From contig CAITGV010000001.1 of assembly GCA_903892035.1 (NCBI GenBank), positions 291,310 to 355,309 of the forward strand: a DNA stretch of 64,000 nucleotides, given 5' to 3'. Under the pieces are notes generated by a model. That model was not told where the DNA came from. It saw only the letters and a list, made by a program, of their open reading frames with translations, and made no database searches. The DNA is from an uncultured bacterium. Its GTDB lineage: Bacteria; Patescibacteriota; Minisyncoccia; Phycocordibacterales; UBA9973. Made by a program: the position numbers and the translations under genes. Numbering within the stretch: the first letter of the stretch is position 1; each line of letters opens with the position of its first letter. This document shows positions 1-8,692 of this stretch, piece after piece.

Positions 1-2
1 AA

Positions 3-494
3 CAAAATCTTGGTACTGATAGAAAAGAAGCTCAAAATTTTTATGATAATTATTTTGCACAATTTCCAAACATCGCTGGCTACTTGGAAAGCGTAAAAGA
101 ATTTGCTTATAAAACTGGATACACAGAAACACTTTTTGGACGCCGAAGGTATTTCCCAATGCTTAAATCAAAACTACCTTTCTTGCGTGCAAGCGCAGAG
201 CGAATGGCTATCAATGCACCTATTCAGGGGACTGCCGCAGACTGTATAAAGATTGCTATTAAAGATGCCCACAATGCACTAATAAAAGAAAAATTAATTG
301 AAGATGCACGTCTCGTATTGCAAGTTCACGATGAATTGGTTTTTGAAGTAAAGGAGGGTGAAACAGAAAAAGTAAAAAAAATAGTTGAAGATGTAATGAA
401 AAATGTCATACCAAAAGAATTTTTGAAAAATAAAAAAAATGTACCACTTGAAGTTCATATTTCAGAAGGAAGTGACTGGGGTGAGTTGAAATAG
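3..494 (+). CDS. polA: DNA polymerase I, C-terminal part (5' truncated by window edge)
   Basis: GYTETLFGRRR, AERMAINAPIQGTAAD and LQVHDELVFE motifs; the frame is open back to base 3. Confidence 0.97.
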   Translation, partial: QNLGTDRKEAQNFYDNYFAQFPNIAGYLESVKEFAYKTGYTETLFGRRRYFPMLKSKLPFLRASAERMAINAPIQGTAADCIKIAIKDAHNALIKEKLIEDARLVLQVHDELVFEVKEGETEKVKKIVEDVMKNVIPKEFLKNKKNVPLEVHISEGSDWGELK

Positions 495-515
495 AAATTG
501 TGTTAAAATAGCCTT

Positions 516-1004
516 ATGGAGCAAAAACATAAAAAAATTAAAGTTCACCACGTCCTAGCATATTCATATATGGTATATTTCGTAGCAGTTTTGGTGGGTA
601 TGACTTTGGCGCATTTTTTACCGTATCAAATTTTTGCAGATAATGTACAGTATTCAAATTACACCGGATTATTTTGTTTATTTTTGGGAACATTGTTAAT
701 CTTTTGGGCGCAAAATGCTTCACGCACCACACACTCACTACGTTCGGGTCACGGTGCAATTCCTCACGAGCATCATTTTCATAAAGGTCCATATAAATAC
801 ACAAGAACTCCAACACACTTAGGGCTCGATCTTTTTCTTCTAGGGTTTGCATTTATTTTTAACTCATTAATTATGGTTTTTGTTGCGATTGCCGTTTTTA
901 TAATTGGAAGAAAATATTTTGTAGCCAAACAAGAGACACTACTTGCTGATATATATGGCATTGAGTATTTAAAATATAAAAAATCTGTGCAAGGTAAAAT
1001 ATAA
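516..1004 (+). CDS. Isoprenylcysteine carboxyl methyltransferase / PEMT-like membrane protein
   Basis: Several TM helices, GPYKYTRTP motif and C-terminal E..L...YG..Y..YK..V pattern. Confidence 0.75.
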   Translation: MEQKHKKIKVHHVLAYSYMVYFVAVLVGMTLAHFLPYQIFADNVQYSNYTGLFCLFLGTLLIFWAQNASRTTHSLRSGHGAIPHEHHFHKGPYKYTRTPTHLGLDLFLLGFAFIFNSLIMVFVAIAVFIIGRKYFVAKQETLLADIYGIEYLKYKKSVQGKI

Positions 1005-1006
1005 AT

Positions 1007-1657
1007 ATGCTTTTCTTTATTTACGGCAACGATAGTATAGCCAAGAAAAAAACTAAAGAACAAATAATGAAGTCTTTCGAAAAAGAAGATACTTCACTTG
1101 TAAATTTTGATGATACAAATATTACAGTGGTAAATATTCAGGAATATATTTTTTCTAACGATCTATTTGGAAAAAAATTTATAGTAATTGTTGATAATGC
1201 TTTTTTAGATGAGGAAGTTGAAGACTTTGCAATAAAAAATGCTAAAGAAATCAAGGATTCAGAAAATATTTTTATATGGAGTGAAATTGCCGATAAGGGT
1301 GAGGGTGTTAAAGCTCTAAAGAAAAATGCTGAAAAATTTTTTGAGCACAAGCTTACAAAAAAAGAGGAAAAGAAATTCAATGTTTTTGCTCTAACAGACG
1401 CATTTGCAAATAGAGATAAAAAGTCTGCGTGGGCACTTTGGCAAGCTTCACTCGCTTCAGGGGCAGCACCTGAGCAACTTCATGGTATTTTGTTTTGGAA
1501 AGTAAAGACTATGCTCGCTACTAATTCAATAGGAAAATTCAAAAAAGAAGAATTAAAAAATATTTCTTCCGAGCTCATAAACCTTTTTCACAAAAGCCGA
1601 ACAACAGGTTTTGAACTTGAAACACTCCTCGAGCAGTTTATTCTTGAAACGTTATAA
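1007..1657 (+). CDS. holA: DNA polymerase III delta subunit-like (short CPR type)
   Basis: N-terminal FFIYGND, DLFG, and FNVFALTDAF..RDKK.AW pattern; near polA. Confidence 0.7.
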   Translation: MLFFIYGNDSIAKKKTKEQIMKSFEKEDTSLVNFDDTNITVVNIQEYIFSNDLFGKKFIVIVDNAFLDEEVEDFAIKNAKEIKDSENIFIWSEIADKGEGVKALKKNAEKFFEHKLTKKEEKKFNVFALTDAFANRDKKSAWALWQASLASGAAPEQLHGILFWKVKTMLATNSIGKFKKEELKNISSELINLFHKSRTTGFELETLLEQFILETL

Positions 1658-1659
1658 AA

Positions 1660-1753
1660 TTTAAAAGAAAAGAAACATAGTAATTTTTTCCGCTTAACCC
1701 TCTCTACGGGGGCTCCGACACATCAAAAATTTCTATGTTTCTTTTCTTTTAAA
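1660..1753. repeat. Long inverted repeat (21-bp perfect arms plus 7 further bp) around a GC-richer core
   Basis: tttaaaagaaaagaaacatag (1660-1680) pairs with ctatgtttcttttcttttaaa (1733-1753). Confidence 0.9.
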
Positions 1754-1761
1754 CACAAGCA

Positions 1762-1815
1762 AAAAGGCCTCAACCGTTGTCTACGATTTCTCGTGGATAA
1801 TGGCTGAGGCCTTTT
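1762..1815. terminator. Extended hairpin, probable (bidirectional) intrinsic terminator
   Basis: aaaaggcctca...tgaggcctttt with a continuing G-U-containing stem; lies between convergent transcription units. Confidence 0.7.
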
Positions 1816-1977
1816 ACTAAATAAAAACAAAGAACATAAATACAAGGAACAAAAAATGAGAAATTAATTTAATGATAATTTTTTTCTCGCGTAGTCTAAC
1901 CTATATTTCCCTAAACGGGTAGTCTTGGGTCGACTGTCAAAATTCTGTATATATTATAGCAGATAAAAAATACTCTT

Positions 1978-2514
1978 CTAGTTTGTCGTGTGGATAACCC
2001 TTGCTTTTGCAAAAAGTATTGAAGCCAAAAGTACAAAAATACTAAGCACCATAAAGGGAATTGAGACAAAACCAAATAGAAAGACATATCGAGTTAAGCA
2101 TGATACTCCACCAGCTGAGCATGGAATAGGGGCGGATCCGATCATTTCTGTAATGTAATGGTAGGTCCCAAAAATTATTCCCAATATTGTTAAAATTTTT
2201 GTATATCGATACACGAGCTCGTCTTTATGGTAAAGTGCTAAACCATAAAGAAACATTTGAGGGTAAAGAAAAATTCTGGCGTACCAACAAAACATACAAG
2301 GAGGGTAGCCAATAACATTTGAATAAATAAGACTTCCAATTACTCCAACAATAGAAAAAATAAAACCAAGTTTTAAAGAATGTTTTGCAATGAACTGAAC
2401 AAACATTGACTTACGGTCAATCAACACTGCAACAATTATAGAAATGGCGAGTAGAGCCATAAGTATGGAACCAAGTGCTGATATTGTATTGTAAATTTCT
2501 ACAAATGAGCTCAT
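1978..2514 (-). CDS. dsbB: Disulfide bond formation protein DsbB/BdbC family
   Basis: PPCMFCWYARIFLYP motif and a second Cys pair (C..GGVSC); start placed at the ATG forming an ATGA overlap with the upstream gene. Confidence 0.9.
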   Translation of the reverse strand: MSSFVEIYNTISALGSILMALLAISIIVAVLIDRKSMFVQFIAKHSLKLGFIFSIVGVIGSLIYSNVIGYPPCMFCWYARIFLYPQMFLYGLALYHKDELVYRYTKILTILGIIFGTYHYITEMIGSAPIPCSAGGVSCLTRYVFLFGFVSIPFMVLSIFVLLASILFAKARVIHTTN

Positions 2515-2912
2515 TGCGGTAATGTGCAAGATGTTTTATTTGCCAGTGTTTGTAGACTTACTCCAGCTTCACTCTCGACAGGTAAGCGAGTACCGTCAGC
2601 AAGTTCCCATGTTGGGTAGCTTGATACTTTTTTATCTTTACAAATTTGTGTTTGTCCCTGGCCGTCTGGAGTTGAACATTCTACATAAGGAAGGAGGTGG
2701 ACAGAAGTTCCAAACATTGCTTTTTGTTTTTGACAGTGAGGGCACCAAAAAGCTCCATAGAATGTCGCACCTTTATCTTTTAGACATGTTGCGAAAGCAT
2801 CATATTTTCCTGGTGCATCTGGAGTCTTTACGACTTTAATAATAAGACCCATACCGGCTAAAACAACTAATAATATAATAATTACTATGATTTTGTTTTT
2901 ATTGTTTTCCAT
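2511..2912 (-). CDS. Membrane-anchored thioredoxin-like protein (VKOR-associated Trx type)
   Basis: N-terminal TM; FYGAFWCPHC..QK..FG, YVEC and YPTW motifs. Confidence 0.85.
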   Translation of the reverse strand: MENNKNKIIVIIILLVVLAGMGLIIKVVKTPDAPGKYDAFATCLKDKGATFYGAFWCPHCQKQKAMFGTSVHLLPYVECSTPDGQGQTQICKDKKVSSYPTWELADGTRLPVESEAGVSLQTLANKTSCTLPQ

Positions 2913-2919
2913 TTTTTTA

Positions 2920-3783
2920 TTATATCAAAACCCTATTGATGTCACTAATCATATTTTTTGTGTTTTCGGTGACGAGTTTTATAAAGTCTCCTTTTGAAAT
3001 ATTGATATCTGTATATGAATGTATTATTCCTCTAGATGAGTGAACAATTGCACCAAGTGTATCTTCATTGAAACAAGGTTTTGTGTCTGAGGCAGTACCA
3101 CCTTGTGCGCCATAACCTGGAACTAAAATTATTGAATGAGGCATTAATTTTCTTAGTGTTACTGCTTGCTCTGGATAAGTGGCACCTACAACTGCACCCA
3201 CTGAGCTATAACCGTTTTCACCAATTAAATCTTTTCCAAGCTCATTAATTATTTTTGCGACACTTTCAGAAATACTTTCGCCGTTAGAAATTTTATCTTG
3301 AATGTCGCCTGAACCAGAATTACTTGTTTTTGTAAGAATAAATATTCCTTTACCGTATTTTTTACAAGCCTCAACAAAAGGCATCATGCTATCAGCTCCC
3401 ATATAGGGTGATACAGTCACTGCATCTGCATCAAAAGTTTTTCCTAAATAAGTTTCGGCATACGCTTTTGCGGTAGAGCCTATATCATTTCTTTTCGCAT
3501 CTACCACCACAAGTAGCCCTGCCGCTTTTGCGTATTTAATAGTATTTTCAAATGCACGGATTCCCGAAACCCCGTGTACTTCATAAAAAGCTATTTGGAT
3601 TTTTATTGCTGGAACAAGATCCTTTATAGAGTCAATGATTGTTTTATTGAATTCAAAAATTTTATTCTCCGCGTCGCCAGAAAAACAAAGTGGAATTTTT
3701 TCCAATCGAGGGTCAAGACCAATAATACAAGGATTTCCTTTTTTCTTGATTGAATTTAGTAGTCTGTCGGCAAAATTATTCAT
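2920..3783 (-). CDS. pyrF: Orotidine-5'-phosphate decarboxylase
   Basis: GLDP, DAKRNDIGST, KTSN, VVGATYP, LVPGYGAQGG and SSRGI motifs; start at the ATG just downstream of TATAAT. Confidence 0.95.
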   Translation of the reverse strand: MNNFADRLLNSIKKKGNPCIIGLDPRLEKIPLCFSGDAENKIFEFNKTIIDSIKDLVPAIKIQIAFYEVHGVSGIRAFENTIKYAKAAGLLVVVDAKRNDIGSTAKAYAETYLGKTFDADAVTVSPYMGADSMMPFVEACKKYGKGIFILTKTSNSGSGDIQDKISNGESISESVAKIINELGKDLIGENGYSSVGAVVGATYPEQAVTLRKLMPHSIILVPGYGAQGGTASDTKPCFNEDTLGAIVHSSRGIIHSYTDINISKGDFIKLVTENTKNMISDINRVLI

Positions 3784-3803
3784 TTTTGGATTATACACTA
3801 TTT

Positions 3804-4508
3804 TTAGTGTTTCAAATACTTTGCTGTTCTTTGAATATATAGACCAATAAATACAAAACACAATGAAGAAAATACACTCATAAGAGCAATACTTATTTGG
3901 AAAGTATTATCTTGTTCTTGCCCTTTTGATGCAGTGATATCCATACCCAGCACTCCTACGAGTTTTCCTTGATACCATATAGGTGCGTATCCTGAAACCC
4001 AGTCGCCCCAAGAATCAGTGTATGGGCCTTCGGTAAAAGCAATTGCATTTATATAATTTGTAAGTTCAAGTTCTGATGTGTCTTGGTAAACTTGCCCCGG
4101 GGGAGAATAGTCGGGGCTCTGAGGGTTTTCTGAATCAGCCAAAAATACTAGTTTATCTTTTGTATTATTTATGCGCATCAAGTAAACAAAACGAGTATTG
4201 CTGTTGATGTCATGCATATCATAAAGAAATTTCTTTATTCTTGTATATGAATCGGAAGATAAATCATTTTGCGTTCCAGTAAGGTTTGCCACATCTTCTG
4301 CATTTGTAAGGTGAGCTATAGTTTGAACTTTTGTGCCTAATTCGTTGAAGTCAGCCCGGTCAACTTTGTATGCAATATGTTCCAAGAATAAAAAACCACC
4401 CAAAAGTACAATCACAGAAAAAATAAATGCAATCCTAGACCAACGAATTGAATTTCGAAAAAATTTTGCACCTGTGCTCGAAAAATTTTCTTCTTGAATT
4501 GACAACAT
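3804..4508 (-). CDS. Membrane protein with a Cache-like extracellular sensor domain and no output domain
   Basis: Two TM helices flank YSPPGQVY...GPYTDSWGDWVSGYAPI...GVLGMDI, as in histidine-kinase sensor domains. Confidence 0.7.
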   Translation of the reverse strand: MLSIQEENFSSTGAKFFRNSIRWSRIAFIFSVIVLLGGFLFLEHIAYKVDRADFNELGTKVQTIAHLTNAEDVANLTGTQNDLSSDSYTRIKKFLYDMHDINSNTRFVYLMRINNTKDKLVFLADSENPQSPDYSPPGQVYQDTSELELTNYINAIAFTEGPYTDSWGDWVSGYAPIWYQGKLVGVLGMDITASKGQEQDNTFQISIALMSVFSSLCFVFIGLYIQRTAKYLKH

Positions 4509-4642
4509 GTGAGAAATAAATTATATCACAAATATGATTAAACAATATATAAATAGGGGATATCTGTTACCATAGATGTTGATTTTTTTGTTAAAATATG
4601 TTAATTTTACTTTGTTTTATGAAAAGTTCATAAAAGTTATAT

Positions 4643-4715
4643 GCGCCCGTAGCTCAGCTGGTAGAGCAGCTCCCTTTTAAGGAGATGGTCGCAGGTTCGA
4701 TTCCTGCCGGGCGCA
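4643..4715 (+). tRNA. tRNA-Lys(TTT)
   Basis: Cloverleaf with GCGCCCG/CGGGCGC acceptor, anticodon loop CTTTTAA and TTCGATT T-loop. Confidence 0.95.
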
Positions 4716-4758
4716 CAAAATTACTTTCTATAAAGTATAACTATGGTATCATTGTGGC

Positions 4759-4980
4759 ATGAATAAAAAAACATTAATTTCACTTTCGATTATTTTAGCC
4801 TTAGTGCTTGTGGTTGTTTCTCTTGTGTATTGGTTTACACCCTCAGGATCATTACCTAAATATATGCCGGGATATGAAATTGGTGGCACAAATATACATT
4901 TTAAACATGGGCTCGCGTCATTGATACTCGCCCTAGGGCTATTTGTCTACGCTTGGTTTAAGAGTGGTCCTAAAAAATAA
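4759..4980 (+). CDS. Small two-TM membrane protein
   Basis: 73 aa with two hydrophobic segments and a -10-like box just upstream. Confidence 0.7.
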   Translation: MNKKTLISLSIILALVLVVVSLVYWFTPSGSLPKYMPGYEIGGTNIHFKHGLASLILALGLFVYAWFKSGPKK

Positions 4981-5824
4981 ATATTATTGAAAGTAGTATT
5001 CCAACGATTGCACAATAAAGTGCAAAGGGTTTTAGTGTTTTTGTTTCAAAATATTTTGTTAGGAACTTTACTGCCAGGTAAGCGGTAGTTGCAGATATTA
5101 TAGATCCAAAAATTATTGGCCCTAATGCATAATTATTTTTACCGATGAGTTCGGGGAGTTTCAATACTGAAGCCGCGAAGATAATTGGAGTAGCCAGTAA
5201 GAAAGAAAAACGCATCGCATCTTCGTGATTTAAGCCAGACAGTAATCCTCCAGAAAATGCAGACCCTGTACGGGAAAATCCCGGTATCAGTGCCAAGGTT
5301 TGCATGCAACCTATTTTCAAAGATTGACTCCATGAAAGTTTTAAAATTTTTTCATCTGAATTTGCACTAATTTCTTTTTCTTTAGACTTTTTTCTCAAAA
5401 TCTCAGCACTGTATAATAGTAAGCCGTTGAAAAATAAAAATATAGAAACATAAATTGGTGTAGCAAAAATGGATTTTATTTTTTGTTCAAAAAGGAGACC
5501 AAGTATACCTGCTGGTATTGTGCCTATCACAAGTAGCCAGCCAATTTTTTCATATTTATCACTCTGATTTATCTCTCGATTTTTAAGCGAGCGAAACATT
5601 CCTTTGATAATTTTTACCCAGTCTTTCCAGTATAAGCCTAGCAATACTAGGGCTGTGGCGAAATGAGTGGATACAATAAAAATTAAAAAATAATTATTAC
5701 CCTCATCTATATTCCAGCCTAAAACATGAGGCAAAAGTACACTATGACCCAAACTCGAAATAGGAAAAAGTTCCGTAAAACCCTGCAAACCGCCCATAAT
5801 TAATGCCTGAAAATATGTAAGCAT
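4970..5824 (-). CDS. uppP: Undecaprenyl-diphosphate phosphatase
   Basis: QGFTELFPISSLGH, ALIPGFSRTG and FSFLLATP motifs. Confidence 0.96.
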   Translation of the reverse strand: MLTYFQALIMGGLQGFTELFPISSLGHSVLLPHVLGWNIDEGNNYFLIFIVSTHFATALVLLGLYWKDWVKIIKGMFRSLKNREINQSDKYEKIGWLLVIGTIPAGILGLLFEQKIKSIFATPIYVSIFLFFNGLLLYSAEILRKKSKEKEISANSDEKILKLSWSQSLKIGCMQTLALIPGFSRTGSAFSGGLLSGLNHEDAMRFSFLLATPIIFAASVLKLPELIGKNNYALGPIIFGSIISATTAYLAVKFLTKYFETKTLKPFALYCAIVGILLSIIFIF

Positions 5825-5829
5825 TTGTG

Positions 5830-5839
5830 TAGTATACTA
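5830..5839. promoter_or_regulatory. Palindromic -10 element serving two divergent, probably leaderless genes
   Basis: tagtatacta gives TATACT on both strands within an 18-bp intergenic region. Confidence 0.55.
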
Positions 5840-5842
5840 AAT

Positions 5843-6325
5843 ATGATGACTAAGACAAAAAATGCTGTTTTGATTTTGCTTGATATTCGCAGTGCGCATA
5901 ATGTGGGTTCGATATTTCGAACTGCCGATGGGGCGGGGGTGAAAAAAATTTATTTGGTGGGTACGACTCCGACACCTTTGGATAGATTTGGTAGGGCGAG
6001 AAAAGACGTCGCAAAGGTTGCACTTGGGGCAGAAAAAACTGTCGCGTGGGAATACGTAAAAACAATTTCTCCATTAATTACAAAATTAAAGAAAGATGGA
6101 TTTCAAATTATTGCAATTGAACAAGATGAAAAATCAGTGGACTATAAGAAAGTAAAAACAGGGGATAGAGTTGCTTTCATTGTTGGAAGTGAGACTGATG
6201 GAGTACCAAAAAAAGTTTTAGATAAATGTGATTTTGTTGCTGAGATTTCTATGTACGGGGAAAAAGAATCATTAAATGTCGGAGTTGCGACTGGTATCGC
6301 ACTTTTTGGAATATTGAAAATCTAG
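5843..6325 (+). CDS. TrmH/SpoU family RNA methyltransferase
   Basis: DIRSAHNVGSIFRTAD, GSETDGV and ESLNVGVA SPOUT motifs. Confidence 0.93.
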   Translation: MMTKTKNAVLILLDIRSAHNVGSIFRTADGAGVKKIYLVGTTPTPLDRFGRARKDVAKVALGAEKTVAWEYVKTISPLITKLKKDGFQIIAIEQDEKSVDYKKVKTGDRVAFIVGSETDGVPKKVLDKCDFVAEISMYGEKESLNVGVATGIALFGILKI

Positions 6326-6486
6326 CGAGTTGGTCCGTAAGTTGGAACTTCTTGAGTCGGGCTTACGATAGGAGAAACAAAAGGACCTTGCTGACTCGAT
6401 CTACTTGGGCCACCTGTCAAAAACCATACTACCCATAGTACGATGATAATAAATATTAACCATTTTAATTCTTGCATTGCGCTCAT
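6322..6486 (-). CDS. Small single-TM hypothetical protein
   Basis: ATGA overlap with the mutM stop; hydrophobic WLIFIIIVLWVVWFLTGGP segment. Confidence 0.6.
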   Translation of the reverse strand: MSAMQELKWLIFIIIVLWVVWFLTGGPSRSSQQGPFVSPIVSPTQEVPTYGPTR

Positions 6487-7427
6487 ATTTTTTTCTGGTG
6501 CACCGAGCAATAATGTGCGCTCCGTCCACCAATTACTTTTCTTATTATAACACCTTTGCAATTTTTTTTGCCACATTTCTCGGAAGCTTTCCTATAGACA
6601 TTGTGGTGATGTTGAAAATTTCCTCGCTCACCGTCCACATTGCGGTAGTCGCTCATCGAGTCCCCACCAAAATCAATTCCTTTATTTAATACTTCCTTCA
6701 TCCCTTCATACAATGTTTTGATTTTTTGTTTTGGGATTTCAGATATTTTTTGCTCAGGATTAATTCCAGCTAACCAAAGCATTTCATCTGAATAAATATT
6801 TCCAATACCTGAAATTAATGTTTGGTCCATCAATATTGTTTTGATAGGTGTATTTCTCTTTTTACTAATACGCTCGATAAATTTTTTCAAAGTAAAATTC
6901 TTATCTAGTGGTTCGGGGCCTAGCATTTTCAAATGACTGGTCTTATGAGCATCATTGGTTGGAATAAGTGTAACCTTGCCAAATTTCCTTGCATCACAAA
7001 AAACCAAATGCTTGTCGTTACTTAATGTAAAAACAACGTGAATAAATCTATTATAAGAGTCATTCAGCGGTCCAGTTTTATCCTTTGGTTCCCATTTAGA
7101 AATTAGTAATTTGTTATTAGAAATTTGCTTTTTGATGTACTCGCCAAAAAGCAGGTGTCCAGTCATTTTCATATGGATGAGTATTGTGTGTCCACCTGAA
7201 ATATTTATTAAAACGTTTTTTGCACGCCTTTCTACTGAAATAATTTTTTTATTTAAAATTAAATCAACAAATTTTTTATAGAAAGGTAAATATTTAATTG
7301 TCTCTTTATAATCTGGTCGAGTAATTTTATTTTTTGGTAAATCACTCCAAACCTCTTTTATAGTAAGGCCAGGTAAAATTTTTGAAAGACCCATCACGGT
7401 CGTTTGTACTTCGGGAAGTTCTGGCAT
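6483..7427 (-). CDS. mutM: Formamidopyrimidine-DNA glycosylase
   Basis: MPELPEV N-terminus, HMKMTG, DARKFG, GIGNIYSDE and C-terminal zinc finger. Confidence 0.97.
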   Translation of the reverse strand: MPELPEVQTTVMGLSKILPGLTIKEVWSDLPKNKITRPDYKETIKYLPFYKKFVDLILNKKIISVERRAKNVLINISGGHTILIHMKMTGHLLFGEYIKKQISNNKLLISKWEPKDKTGPLNDSYNRFIHVVFTLSNDKHLVFCDARKFGKVTLIPTNDAHKTSHLKMLGPEPLDKNFTLKKFIERISKKRNTPIKTILMDQTLISGIGNIYSDEMLWLAGINPEQKISEIPKQKIKTLYEGMKEVLNKGIDFGGDSMSDYRNVDGERGNFQHHHNVYRKASEKCGKKNCKGVIIRKVIGGRSAHYCSVHQKKI

Positions 7428-7428
7428 T

Positions 7429-8004
7429 TTATTTTCCTAAAATTTTTAGAGCTTCTTTGATGCGGGCATTTGTACCAGTTATTTCATTTGAAACTTCTTT
7501 TAGAGCATCGCGAGCTTCGTTTTGAGTGTAACCAAGAGATTTAAGAGCTTCAATGATATCGCTTTCAGCTCTAAGGGTGCCAGAACTATCTTTATGATTT
7601 ACATTTCCTTTTAACTTGTCTCGAAGTTCAAGAACAATTTTTTCTGCAGTCTTGCGACCAATACCTCCGACTTTTGTCAGGTAGTTTGTGTCGCCGGTGC
7701 CAATCGCTTGAGTGAGTGCTTGTGTGGAAGCGACAGCGAGAATTCCAAGAGCTGACTTTGGACCAATACCAGAAACATCGAGTAAAAGTTCAAAAAAAGA
7801 TAATTCATCAGTTGTCGTAAAACCATAAAGATCTAAAGAATTTTCTCGCACAGCTAAATATGTGAAAAATGAAATATTTTTTTCTTCAGTGACTTTTGCA
7901 ATAGTGTCTGGTGTTGTAAAAACTTTATATCCAAGGCCTCCCACTCCCACAACGACATATTTTTCCCCAATATTCTCTATAATACCTGTAACTTTTGAAA
8001 TCAT
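7429..8004 (-). CDS. ruvA: Holliday junction branch migration protein RuvA
   Basis: LYGF, VSGIGPKSAL, GIGRKTAEKIVLEL and AL.SLGY motifs. Confidence 0.97.
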   Translation of the reverse strand: MISKVTGIIENIGEKYVVVGVGGLGYKVFTTPDTIAKVTEEKNISFFTYLAVRENSLDLYGFTTTDELSFFELLLDVSGIGPKSALGILAVASTQALTQAIGTGDTNYLTKVGGIGRKTAEKIVLELRDKLKGNVNHKDSSGTLRAESDIIEALKSLGYTQNEARDALKEVSNEITGTNARIKEALKILGK

Positions 8005-8058
8005 TACTTAATAATAGCAGATATTGCGCAACTCGGGTATTTCTGCTATAGTAGCCAA

Positions 8059-8313
8059 ATGCCAATTACATCATCAGCAAAAAAAGCACTTCGCGGTTCA
8101 AAGCGCAAGAAGTCTTATAATGATAAAACAAAAAAGCAGGTCAAAGAAGCTACAAAAGCAATTGAAAAGCTTCTAAAAGACGGAAAGAAAGATGAAGCAA
8201 AAAAAGCTATTTCTACTGCTTATTCTGTTATCGATAAAGCTTCAAAGCGTGGAGTTCTAAAGAAAAATACTGCTGCTCGCAAGAAAGCTCGCCTTTCAAA
8301 GATTACTAAGTAG
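8059..8313 (+). CDS. rpsT: 30S ribosomal protein S20
   Basis: SAKKALR and IDKA.KRGVLKKNTAARKKARL motifs. Confidence 0.97.
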   Translation: MPITSSAKKALRGSKRKKSYNDKTKKQVKEATKAIEKLLKDGKKDEAKKAISTAYSVIDKASKRGVLKKNTAARKKARLSKITK

Positions 8314-8328
8314 TTTATTTCTACGCTC

Positions 8329-8406
8329 ATAAAAAATGCTTTTTAAAAAGTCCTCGGATCTCCTCGTCTACGACAAGGCCAGACATTTTTAAAAAGTATT
8401 TTTTAT
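8329..8406. repeat. Long AT-rich inverted repeat with GC-richer core
   Basis: ataaaaaatgctttttaaaaa / tttttaaaaagtattttttat (one G-T pair), flanked by the direct repeat ctacgct. Confidence 0.85.
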
Positions 8407-8418
8407 TCACTACGCTTC

Positions 8419-8691
8419 ATGTCACTAATAAACTTTTATGGAACAGAATGCCCTCATTGCATAAAGATGCATGAGTTTTTAGACCGTTTGGAAAAAGAAG
8501 AGGGAATAAAGGTGGAAAAAGTTGAAGTTTGGCACAATGAGGAAAATATGAAAAAACTTGAAGCTCTCGACAAAGAAAATGAATGCGGTGGAGTTCCGTT
8601 TTTTGTAAATACTGAAACAGGCGGAAGCATTTGTGGTGAAGCTACATATAAAGAAATAAAAGATTGGGCACAGGGAAAAGTTGTAAAATAA
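8419..8691 (+). CDS. Thioredoxin/glutaredoxin-like protein
   Basis: ECPHC active site and GVPFF cis-Pro motif. Confidence 0.85.
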   Translation: MSLINFYGTECPHCIKMHEFLDRLEKEEGIKVEKVEVWHNEENMKKLEALDKENECGGVPFFVNTETGGSICGEATYKEIKDWAQGKVVK

Positions 8692-8692
8692 A

